Shown here piece by piece: positions 1 through 7,890 of a DNA stretch of 17,677 bases; the first letter of the stretch is position 1, and every line of letters begins with the position of its first letter. The notes under the pieces are model-generated. The model made no database searches, was not told the origin of the DNA, and saw nothing but the letters and a program-made list of their open reading frames with translations. The stretch comes from Promethearchaeota archaeon (GTDB lineage Archaea; Asgardarchaeota; Lokiarchaeia; Sigyniarchaeales; SOKP01): NCBI GenBank assembly GCA_011364975.1, contig RDOE01000068.1, positions 1 through 17,677 on the forward strand, written 5' to 3'. A program made the translations under genes and the position numbers.

Positions 1-1
1 A

Positions 2-1504
2 TATTTTATAGCCCCCTATTATTTGAGAGAAAACTCGATCATAATTAAAAAAGTACGAGATTTGAGAGAACCCATTGAAAATGTTATTAAATTTACCTCA
101 ATTTCACTTTCAAGACTTATTGCTTCGTTAATCTTAATAATTTCGGGTATTTTTTCATTAATTGTATTCGGTACGGATGTAGGACATGAAGTAAAATATG
201 GTAGTGCGATATCTCTTGGAGGGCCCTCCTGGTTTTATCTCACAGGGCTCCCTGCGTTAGGAATTGGGTTTGGATTATTATTATACTTTTTTTTAAGTCC
301 ATTTCGAGGAATATTTTCTAAATCACAAAATTTTTTCTTTTTTTACGAGATTAGACCTGGATTTCCTTGGTTAACGGAGATCCCTAAAAAAGATATCGAA
401 GCGATTCGTTATCAAAATAATCATTTAGGGCCAAAATTATCATGGATTCTCCTTTTAATTCCGTTTATTGTACAACAATTAATGACAGCAATTTCTTTAT
501 TTTCAGCTGAAAGAGCTGGTCCCTCTTATGTTTTATCATGGACTTTTATAATAATTTCAATTTTTGAAATGATTGTTTTGATTTTATTAGTTATATTCCC
601 TCAAAATTATTTTGAGATTGCTACAAAAGATAGATTGTATGAGATGTGGTTTTCTCCAATCAAATTCAAAAAGCTCCCTAAATTTAAAGAGGATTTTAGT
701 AACTTTTTAGAATGTAACCCTAAGCTTAGAGATATTGAACCAAAAAATAATGATGATGCATTTTTAAAAGTTAGTGATAACCATCTTCAATATTTTAAAG
801 CTGTCTTCGGTGCATTTCTAGTTATTTCTGCTATTCTAATGCTTACCCAAATGATCTTATTTGGTCCATTAGTATGGTGGATTTCATTAATGTATGGATT
901 AATATTGATTGTAAAATCATTATTTTTTGATTTTAGTAAAAAGGGAGCAACTACCTTAGAAATTAATGAAGATTTGAATATTTTAAAATTTAGAAGACAA
1001 TCAAAATTTAAATTCTACTATGTAATGGGAAAAAAGATTAAAGTTCTTAGTGTTAGAAAATGGTTTAGAAAAATAGATTTCTTTGATCTTTTTGGGATGG
1101 GAGGAATGCTAATTTTCCTTACAATTCAACAAATACAGGGATGGGCTATCGCAGACACTATTTCTCTAATCAATGACAACATAGGAAGTACCGTATATAT
1201 GATTATTGTTATAGTTTTTATCTTATTTTATATATGTTTTCCAATTAATGTTATTGAATTTAAAACAAATTCAATTACGTATCGCATTGAGATTACCTTA
1301 AAATCCAAATTAAGGGAGAACGGCAATTCTATCACTAAAAATGAGAACAGATTCTACCGACATATTTGGAATTTTAAAAATACAATTACAGAAATTTTTC
1401 ATTCAGATATGAAAAAGACTTTCCTGTTGCGTATAGCTTTTATTGGGAGCTTAATTATTGGTCCACTTCTTTATATGTTAGTGTATTTCATAGTAGTGTA
1501 TTGA
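2..1504 (+). CDS. Multi-pass membrane protein, 5'-truncated by the window, with an apparent internal duplication
   Basis: The frame is open from base 2 (YFIAPYY-LRENS...), so TTG at 23 is probably not the true start. About 9 hydrophobic segments. The motif FPxNxxExxTxxxxY occurs twice (FPQNYFEIATKDRLY and FPINVIEFKTNSITY). Confidence 0.8.
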   Translation, partial: YFIAPYYLRENSIIIKKVRDLREPIENVIKFTSISLSRLIASLILIISGIFSLIVFGTDVGHEVKYGSAISLGGPSWFYLTGLPALGIGFGLLLYFFLSPFRGIFSKSQNFFFFYEIRPGFPWLTEIPKKDIEAIRYQNNHLGPKLSWILLLIPFIVQQLMTAISLFSAERAGPSYVLSWTFIIISIFEMIVLILLVIFPQNYFEIATKDRLYEMWFSPIKFKKLPKFKEDFSNFLECNPKLRDIEPKNNDDAFLKVSDNHLQYFKAVFGAFLVISAILMLTQMILFGPLVWWISLMYGLILIVKSLFFDFSKKGATTLEINEDLNILKFRRQSKFKFYYVMGKKIKVLSVRKWFRKIDFFDLFGMGGMLIFLTIQQIQGWAIADTISLINDNIGSTVYMIIVIVFILFYICFPINVIEFKTNSITYRIEITLKSKLRENGNSITKNENRFYRHIWNFKNTITEIFHSDMKKTFLLRIAFIGSLIIGPLLYMLVYFIVVY

Positions 1505-1562
1505 AATTCATTGTTGCAAGAATTACTAAAAATTAATTAAATACACCATTTTAATAATCATT

Positions 1563-1835
1563 ATGTCAGATCAGTTGAAACTTGTTTTATATATAAAAAG
1601 CATGATATCAGATCTCATTTATCTCAATAGCGTTATTGCTTCAGAACTCATGAAAATAACTGAAAATCTTGCTGCTATACGGCATGGTGAGAATTTTTTA
1701 GAAGAGAGTAGTTGTATCTCCGAACATAAGGCATTAAATCAAGAAGTCATAAAAATCGTGAGTAAATATAATAAGGAAGAAATAGACTTAGAAAGACTAA
1801 ATAAGCTAGAAAACCATTTATTGAAACATCCATAA
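1563..1835 (+). CDS. Hypothetical 90-aa helical protein
   Basis: ATG-start ORF in a + strand gene run with protein-like amphipathic helical composition; no motif recognised. Confidence 0.7.
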   Translation: MSDQLKLVLYIKSMISDLIYLNSVIASELMKITENLAAIRHGENFLEESSCISEHKALNQEVIKIVSKYNKEEIDLERLNKLENHLLKHP

Positions 1836-1848
1836 CGAGTAGATTGTA

Positions 1849-2269
1849 TTGGGAAAAAATGAGAAAAATATTGATGATTTCGTCGAAAATTTACAAAAAG
1901 AAATAATAAGTAATGAGATTGAAGCCTTTAACGCTTATATTGTTGAATTATTTCATAATCCAAGGAATTGGGGTAAACCTTCACAATGAATCGTTAGAAT
2001 TTTTTGCTCAAATTAAAAATAATATGATCCAAAATATCAATTTTTTAACAGATGGGTGCGGTGTTACAATTGCGACAGCAAGTCAGATTACTTTATTAAC
2101 TCAAGGGAAAACTATAGATTATGCTAAAAAGATTACAATTGAACAAGTTAATAGGTCATTAGGAGGATTGCCTGAAGGTCATAAAGACAGCATAGAATTA
2201 GGATTAGATGTGTTAAAAGAATTGATTAATAAGTATCAAAATGCAAATTTTGGGGAGATAACCAAATGA
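1849..2269 (+). pseudogene. iscU: IscU/NifU-N-like Fe-S scaffold homolog, split by a frameshift/deletion near 1985
   Basis: The frame from TTG 1849 gives LGKNEKNIDDFVENLQKEII...IVELFHNPRNWGKPSQ* (TGA 1987-1989), with the IscU-like F-x-NP-x-N-x-G motif. The C-terminal half continues in the +1 frame (NESLEFFAQIKNNMIQNINFLTDGCGVTIATASQ...LGGLPEGHKDS). The first-Cys segment (usually GPCGD/NPxCGD) is missing and the third Cys appears as Ser. Confidence 0.7.
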
Positions 2270-2988
2270 ACGAGATTACAATCGAAAAAGTGGATATTCC
2301 TATAAAAGAGGATAATATCTTGTTAAAAGGCAGTATTTATTATGGTAACAATACACCTGAAAAAGCACCTTTTATTATTAATTGTCCAGCGTTTAGGGAA
2401 GATAGAGAGAGTAAATTTGTTAAATTTTATAGTGAAGGTTTTTCAAAAGCGGGATGTTACGTTTTAACGTATGATTATCGCGCTCATGGTGAAACTGCCC
2501 GTCAAACAGGATCAAATTGGCTAAAATATGTCCCACAAATTTTTTCTGACCTTCAAAAAGTAATAACTTGGGTATTTGAATCTCAAAAACATCATTTATT
2601 AAATGAAATTGTCGCTTTATTTGGAAGAAGCATTGGTGGTGCCATTATCCTTACTTATGGATATACAGATGCAAGAGTAAAAATCCTCTTTGGTTTATGT
2701 GCACGTTATGATTATGCTACAGTCCCAAATGTTTCATTCTCTCCAGAGAACGTAAAAATAATGAGTCCAAAATATTATCTTAAAGCTGTCCCATCAAATA
2801 ACGAGAGAATTTTCATAGCTCATTGTAAAGATGATGATGTCATTCCTTTTGAGAATTTCATTAAAATTAAAAACCAATTAGGTCTAAATGCTAATAATGC
2901 GTTAGAATTTGAATCGGGGGGTCATTCTTTTAGGGGTCATCGAGAAGAAATTCTCTCTTATGCTCTAAAAGTTTTAAAACGATTATAG
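2266..2988 (+). CDS. Alpha/beta fold hydrolase
   Basis: YDYRAHGE motif, nucleophile elbow GRSIGG, Asp in KDDDVIP and His in GGHSF complete the triad. ATGA overlap with the upstream gene. Confidence 0.9.
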   Translation: MNEITIEKVDIPIKEDNILLKGSIYYGNNTPEKAPFIINCPAFREDRESKFVKFYSEGFSKAGCYVLTYDYRAHGETARQTGSNWLKYVPQIFSDLQKVITWVFESQKHHLLNEIVALFGRSIGGAIILTYGYTDARVKILFGLCARYDYATVPNVSFSPENVKIMSPKYYLKAVPSNNERIFIAHCKDDDVIPFENFIKIKNQLGLNANNALEFESGGHSFRGHREEILSYALKVLKRL

Positions 2989-3042
2989 GTTATAAATTCA
3001 TTAGTAAAGCTATATTATTTGATTGTGAAGGTGTTAGAATAC

Positions 3043-3951
3043 ATGAATAAATTTCTAATTATAGGGCCAGCATCCCAAATGCTTGGTGTGAAAGTTGCAA
3101 AAGAATTGGGTATAAATTCAATTAATACAGAATTTAAGACCTTTCCTGATGGTGAAAACTATTTAAGAATAAATCTTGAAGATGAATCCCTCATACAAGG
3201 TAATGAAGTAATTATTATTCAATCGACAGGTCCAAGTGCTAGTGCAAATCAAAATGCAAGAGTGGTTGAACTAGCTATGATGATAGATTCTGTAAAAAGA
3301 ATGGGAGCATCAAAAGTCACTGTGATTGTACCTTATCTTGCCTATGCTCGCCAAGATAAAATTTTTAGACCAGGAGAGTGTCCTTTTGCTAAAGTATTAT
3401 TAAGAATGATCAATTCCTTGGGAATAGATGAATTCTATACTGTTGATGTCCATGAACCAAAAATCCTAAATGAATTAAATTGTAAAACCATAAACATTGA
3501 TTCAATGAAGGTATTAGCTGATCACGTGAAATCATTAGGAGCTAAAGATATTGTTGTAGTTTCACCAGATAAAGGAGCTGTTGAAAGATCAAAAACATTC
3601 GCTAAGTTCTTTGGACAGAATGTTCCAGTAGAATTTTTTGAAAAGAAAAGAGATGTAAAAACTGGAGAAATTGTAATGTCCGGTGAATTAGGATTGAAAG
3701 ATAAGGATGTTGTAATTGCAGATGATATTATCTCTACTGGCGGAACAATGGCGAATGCAATTAAACTATCAAAGGAAAGTGGTGCTAAAAGAATATTTGC
3801 TGTAGCAACTCATGCTTTAATGCTACAGCATGCTAAATACCGAATTTTAACTGCTGGAGCTGATTACATAATCGGAACCGATTCTATAGATAATGAAGTT
3901 GCTTTAGTTTCACTAGCGAAAACAATTGCAGATTATTTTAGATTTGAGTAA
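3043..3951 (+). CDS. prs: Ribose-phosphate pyrophosphokinase (PRPP synthetase)
   Basis: Motifs FPDGE, PYLAYARQDK, VDVH, SPDKGA and DDIISTGGTM. ATG 3043 is preferred over TTG 3019. Confidence 0.97.
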   Translation: MNKFLIIGPASQMLGVKVAKELGINSINTEFKTFPDGENYLRINLEDESLIQGNEVIIIQSTGPSASANQNARVVELAMMIDSVKRMGASKVTVIVPYLAYARQDKIFRPGECPFAKVLLRMINSLGIDEFYTVDVHEPKILNELNCKTINIDSMKVLADHVKSLGAKDIVVVSPDKGAVERSKTFAKFFGQNVPVEFFEKKRDVKTGEIVMSGELGLKDKDVVIADDIISTGGTMANAIKLSKESGAKRIFAVATHALMLQHAKYRILTAGADYIIGTDSIDNEVALVSLAKTIADYFRFE

Positions 3952-4493
3952 TTTTTATTCCCTATTAATTTAAGAATTAACTTTCTTGTTTTAGTTTTTA
4001 AATCTTCAATACTAGTATCATTAGAGATGTAATAGTCTGCCGCTTTAATCAGTTCAATTAAACCTAAATTAATTTCTCTTATATCTCTATCTCTTATGAA
4101 TTCTTCCCCGTTAGAATCGTCACTTCTAGCACGATCTAAAATTCTTTTATAACGATACTTTTTTTTTGCTTTAATAGCAATTAAGGGAAATTTCCAATTT
4201 TTCCTAAATACCACCAGTTCAGAAAGAGATCTAACTCCATCTACAAATATTATTTCTGAATTTAGAGTTTTTATTAAATCTTTAGTTTTTTCTGCAATGA
4301 TCTCATTTCCTCCTAATAATCGTAATTCTTTAGCAATCCTCCCTAAATTTTTATCATTAAGAGTTAAATTCTGATTTTTTGCTTCATTACGGATAATATC
4401 TCCCATTGTTATGATTACACCTAAATCACTGATTGCTTCTAATGCAGTTGATTTACCCGAACCTGGAAGTCCACAGAATCCAATAACAATCAT
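3933..4493 (-). CDS. P-loop nucleotide kinase, archaeal UPF0200 / dephospho-CoA-kinase-like family
   Basis: Walker A GLPGSGKS plus MGDIIR, VDGVRS, R-x-R-x-DD and RDxRE motifs. 19-nt convergent overlap with prs. Confidence 0.85.
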   Translation of the reverse strand: MIVIGFCGLPGSGKSTALEAISDLGVIITMGDIIRNEAKNQNLTLNDKNLGRIAKELRLLGGNEIIAEKTKDLIKTLNSEIIFVDGVRSLSELVVFRKNWKFPLIAIKAKKKYRYKRILDRARSDDSNGEEFIRDRDIREINLGLIELIKAADYYISNDTSIEDLKTKTRKLILKLIGNKNYSNLK

Positions 4494-4597
4494 AAAGAAA
4501 TTATCTATTATTTTTAATAATATAAAAAAACTATAAAAAAATAAAAAGCATTCCCACTATAATTAATTTGTCGATTACAATAGAAAATTGATTTTGC

Positions 4598-5848
4598 ATG
4601 GTTGAGAAAGACAATAAAACGCAGAATGAAGCAATCAATGGAACTCACGAAAATGATCTAATTCAAGAGAAATTGAGTACATCAGAATTGGAATCCACTG
4701 GAAAGGAGGATTTAAGGTTTTCAAAATTAAAATCATTTTCGGATCAAATAAATCTCGTTAAAACACCTATTTTTCTAACTTATAATGCTTACAGGAGAAT
4801 GTTATGTTATGCATTAAGATATGCTCGAGAGGATATTCCAGAGAAAAATTGGAAAGAAGTATATGGAATATTAATTGGATCTATTGGGAGTAATTCTGAA
4901 TTAATTGTTAAAGATGCAATACCAATGATAGTTGGAGATCGTGCAGGTGTAAAATATGAAAGTAAGCAATATGTAGATATGGCCGAAATTAATGAATCTG
5001 TTTATGAGAAGTCTGTTCAAGATAAAAAAAATGATTTTATAATTGGCTGGTGGCATACACACCCTGGTTTTAAATTTATGTTTTCGGATATTGATATCCA
5101 AACTCAACTTGGGTATCAAATTCCCAACCCTTATGCGATTGGGTTGATCTTTAATCATACTGAATTAAAATCAACGAATTATTATTTAGGATTAGCCGCT
5201 TTAAGACTTGTAAATCCTAATCGAGGAATTCTGGCCACATATGATTATATTGATATTAAAACTGAATTAGAAAAAAAATTAATGGTAGAAACCATTGAAG
5301 AAGAAGTTAGAAACGTAAGCAAACATATAAACACAGTAATTAAAGAGTTAAAATATATTGATCAGGTTTTGAGGAAGAGATATTTAGCACAACTGCAAAG
5401 AAATTATGGTTTAATAATGATTCCTAAGGATGAAGTCAAGTTAACTAATAACCCTGATGAAGCTGAAGATGATGAACGTATTCTTTATGAATGGGATTCT
5501 GATTTTTATAAAAAGCGGTATCGTATACCAAAATTCAGAGAAAAGGTTGAAAATAAGATAACTGATTATGAAAAAGAACTGCAAGACCTAAGAAATTTAG
5601 GTGACCTTAAAAGTTATGAAAGCCAAAAAAAAAAATATACAAAAAAAATAAAAAACCTATTAAAGCAACCTTTAAATTGGTTAAATAAAATAAATCTTGA
5701 ATTTACAAAAAGAGTTGAGATAATATCTCCTTATTTTGATTATTTAGATACGAATGAAAGAAAGATTATTGAGATATTTGAATCCAGAAGTTCAGAATAC
5801 CGAATGATATATGACGATCTACAAAAAAAAGCTGAATTCGAGATTTAA
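4598..5848 (+). CDS. JAB1/MPN+ (JAMM) metalloprotease, Rpn11/CSN5-like, with long helical C-terminal extension
   Basis: Catalytic Glu in KEVYGILIG. Complete H-x-H-x7-S-x2-D motif in GWWHTHPGFKFMFSDID, followed by IQTQLGYQ, resembling eukaryotic Rpn11 GWYHSHPGFGCWLSxVDxxTQ. Confidence 0.88.
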   Translation: MVEKDNKTQNEAINGTHENDLIQEKLSTSELESTGKEDLRFSKLKSFSDQINLVKTPIFLTYNAYRRMLCYALRYAREDIPEKNWKEVYGILIGSIGSNSELIVKDAIPMIVGDRAGVKYESKQYVDMAEINESVYEKSVQDKKNDFIIGWWHTHPGFKFMFSDIDIQTQLGYQIPNPYAIGLIFNHTELKSTNYYLGLAALRLVNPNRGILATYDYIDIKTELEKKLMVETIEEEVRNVSKHINTVIKELKYIDQVLRKRYLAQLQRNYGLIMIPKDEVKLTNNPDEAEDDERILYEWDSDFYKKRYRIPKFREKVENKITDYEKELQDLRNLGDLKSYESQKKKYTKKIKNLLKQPLNWLNKINLEFTKRVEIISPYFDYLDTNERKIIEIFESRSSEYRMIYDDLQKKAEFEI

Positions 5849-6005
5849 TATTTTAAAGTATTAAACTCTTACTATTATTCACTTTTTTAAAAATGGGAAG
5901 TTGATATTGATGTTTTTAAAAAAGTTTTATATTAATTGCTGTATATTTTATACTTAGACTTTTTTTATAACAATTGTAATAAATGTCTGCTTAAGAGGTT
6001 CAGTA

Positions 6006-6329
6006 ATGACTGCGGATGCTACTTTCATAATAAAAAATCGCTCAGAAATGGACAAAACTATTAAGGATGCAATTTTTGCATTCTCAGGAGGAACAAAATC
6101 ATTATTAATTAAGGGGGAAGGGGATGAAATATCTACTGCAGTTGAAGTTGCTGAAATTTTAAAAACTAGAATGTATCCTGGTGTAGAAATTGCTAATATT
6201 TCATTAGGAAGTCGTCCATTTTTTAGAAATACACAGCGCGGAAGACAGAAAAAGTATTATAAGACAAATTCCAATCAGAAAGATTTAATTTCAAAAATAG
6301 AAATTACACTTTCAAAATCTATTCTCTAG
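6006..6329 (+). CDS. albA: Alba-family DNA/RNA-binding protein (divergent)
   Basis: LLIKGEGDEISTAVEVAEILK matches Alba IKARGRAISxAVDVAEI. Also I-x-LGS and C-terminal ISKIEITL. Possible SD GAGG at 5995-5998. Confidence 0.85.
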   Translation: MTADATFIIKNRSEMDKTIKDAIFAFSGGTKSLLIKGEGDEISTAVEVAEILKTRMYPGVEIANISLGSRPFFRNTQRGRQKKYYKTNSNQKDLISKIEITLSKSIL

Positions 6330-6337
6330 CGAAGTAT

Positions 6338-6505
6338 ATGTCATTCGATAATTTAGGTCCGTTATTAGGAGAAACTCGTACTCAAAGTGTATGTGCTATA
6401 TGTGGTAATTTTATTTATAAATGTATTTATTTTGATGAAAATTCTAAGAGTAAACAAAAAACTGTGTTTATATGTAAGAATTGTTTAAAGAACAATAACA
6501 AATAG
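6338..6505 (+). CDS. Small 55-aa zinc-ribbon protein (not in ORF track)
   Basis: ATG 8 nt after the Alba stop. MSFDNLGPLLGETRTQSVCAICGNFIYKCIYFDENSKSKQKTVFICKNCLKNNNK* has two CxxC pairs. It fills the gap and ends 3 nt before the convergent gene. Confidence 0.8.
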   Translation: MSFDNLGPLLGETRTQSVCAICGNFIYKCIYFDENSKSKQKTVFICKNCLKNNNK

Positions 6506-6508
6506 ACC

Positions 6509-7333
6509 CTATTCAATCATTTTGTTATTGTGCTTTTGATGTTTCTCGATATATTTATTCCAATTAAAACCCATAATAAAATACATTATCGATATTGTAA
6601 TTAATAACATTATCGCTTCAGTTATCACACTTGAAATATCATTAAACTCAATACCAGAAGCATTAAATCCTAATAAAATTAATATTGGTAAAGTCACATA
6701 AAATAACATAGTTATATTTTTACCCATCCAAGCCCAAAATAAACATCCAGTGAAATTTATTTTTTTTTTCGACATACCTAAGGCAATCCATAATGGATCA
6801 TCAGGTATCGGAAGTGCTGCTGCTATAAATATAAAGAAATATAAAGCTTTAGGATATTGTAGTACTAGTTTACCAAATCCTTGAACATTTGCAAGTGTCG
6901 GAGAATTTTTCGTTGATGCTATTTTTCTAGCACCCCTTCCAATCAAAAAGCTTACTAACTCTCCTAAGGCACTCCCAAAACCTCCTATCAATGCAATTCC
7001 TGAAATTTCAACCCAAAAACCCATGTTAAACAAAATCTCTCCAAATGAAAACCCCATAACAGAATAACGTATGAAAATTGAATCTGAAAGTGAAAAAATG
7101 ATAAAAGGATAGGGAACAGGAAAACCTACACTAGCATTGCCTATTAGGCAAATAAAAAAAGAAAAAGCTAAAGCTAAAAAATAATTGTTGCCTTGAGTGA
7201 GGCTAGCGATGTTCTGTCGGGATTCAATTATAATGTTTTTAAAATCTGGAATAGTTATAAAGAGAATAAGATAAATTATTACGCTTACGTAGAAAAAAAT
7301 GAATACCATTGTCAATTTATTTGATATAGTCAT
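6509..7333 (-). CDS. DedA/VTT (SNARE-associated) family membrane protein
   Basis: Motifs GNASVGFPVPY, GGFGSALGELVSFLIGRG, AALPIPDDPLWIALG and GK; multiple TM segments. Confidence 0.85.
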   Translation of the reverse strand: MTISNKLTMVFIFFYVSVIIYLILFITIPDFKNIIIESRQNIASLTQGNNYFLALAFSFFICLIGNASVGFPVPYPFIIFSLSDSIFIRYSVMGFSFGEILFNMGFWVEISGIALIGGFGSALGELVSFLIGRGARKIASTKNSPTLANVQGFGKLVLQYPKALYFFIFIAAALPIPDDPLWIALGMSKKKINFTGCLFWAWMGKNITMLFYVTLPILILLGFNASGIEFNDISSVITEAIMLLITISIMYFIMGFNWNKYIEKHQKHNNKMIE

Positions 7334-7363
7334 AATAGTCGTTCTTTTTTATATCGTTTTGAG

Positions 7364-7750
7364 CTAGAACATAGTAATTTTTGTATTAAGGCCATTTCTT
7401 GCTTTTAAGAAAAAATCAATATTATCAGTAATCTCTCCTATTTTATTTACTTTGTTAGAGAAGGTGAAATCCTCTAAAATGAAAATAAGTTCATCACTTT
7501 TAGGATTATATACAATATCATTTTTTTTAGCAGCTTGACTTGATTTTATATTTGTCCCTTTAAATATTTCTATTCCCGGGAGAGTCCAATAAGCCTTCTT
7601 TCCGAAACTAAATCGGCCTCTCAGGATAATAGGCAAATGGTCAATAATTGCATCAGCAGATAATGGAGCTAAGTGTCGCATAATTTTACCTTTTACTGCA
7701 CCTATCCCAAAAAGTTCAATTTTTATAACTACTTCTCCACCATCAGACAT
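7364..7750 (-). CDS. Cyclophilin-like fold protein (AF2241/TM1367-like)
   Basis: RHLAPLSADAIIDHLPI and DIVYNP...VNKIG motifs resemble this small archaeal family. Confidence 0.7.
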   Translation of the reverse strand: MSDGGEVVIKIELFGIGAVKGKIMRHLAPLSADAIIDHLPIILRGRFSFGKKAYWTLPGIEIFKGTNIKSSQAAKKNDIVYNPKSDELIFILEDFTFSNKVNKIGEITDNIDFFLKARNGLNTKITMF

Positions 7751-7861
7751 AATATTTCTCGAATTTAATAATAATTATGTATAAGGTAATGTCTTAACTA
7801 TTAAATTATTACGTTTTAGATCTATAAATGTTGAGAATTGTTATTGTTATTAATAACAACA

Positions 7862-7869
7862 TTTAAATA
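7862..7869 (+). promoter_or_regulatory. Archaeal TATA box for the putative ncRNA
   Basis: TTTAAATA with an A-rich upstream segment. Its centre is ~26 nt upstream of G7892, the start of the closing helix. No + strand CDS follows. Confidence 0.6.
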
Positions 7870-7890
7870 TTCATTTCACCATGTTATTAT

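Noticed and set aside
1987-1989. TGA as selenocysteine in the IscU-like gene
   Set aside because: Read-through hits TAA eight codons later, and homology continues in a different frame.
4901-5158. 85-aa minus-strand ORF
   Set aside because: Antisense shadow inside the JAMM domain coding region; no motif.
5626-5654. Poly-A runs as programmed frameshift or phase-variation sites
   Set aside because: The frame stays intact (Lys-rich QKKKYTKKIK), and such runs are common throughout this AT-rich window.
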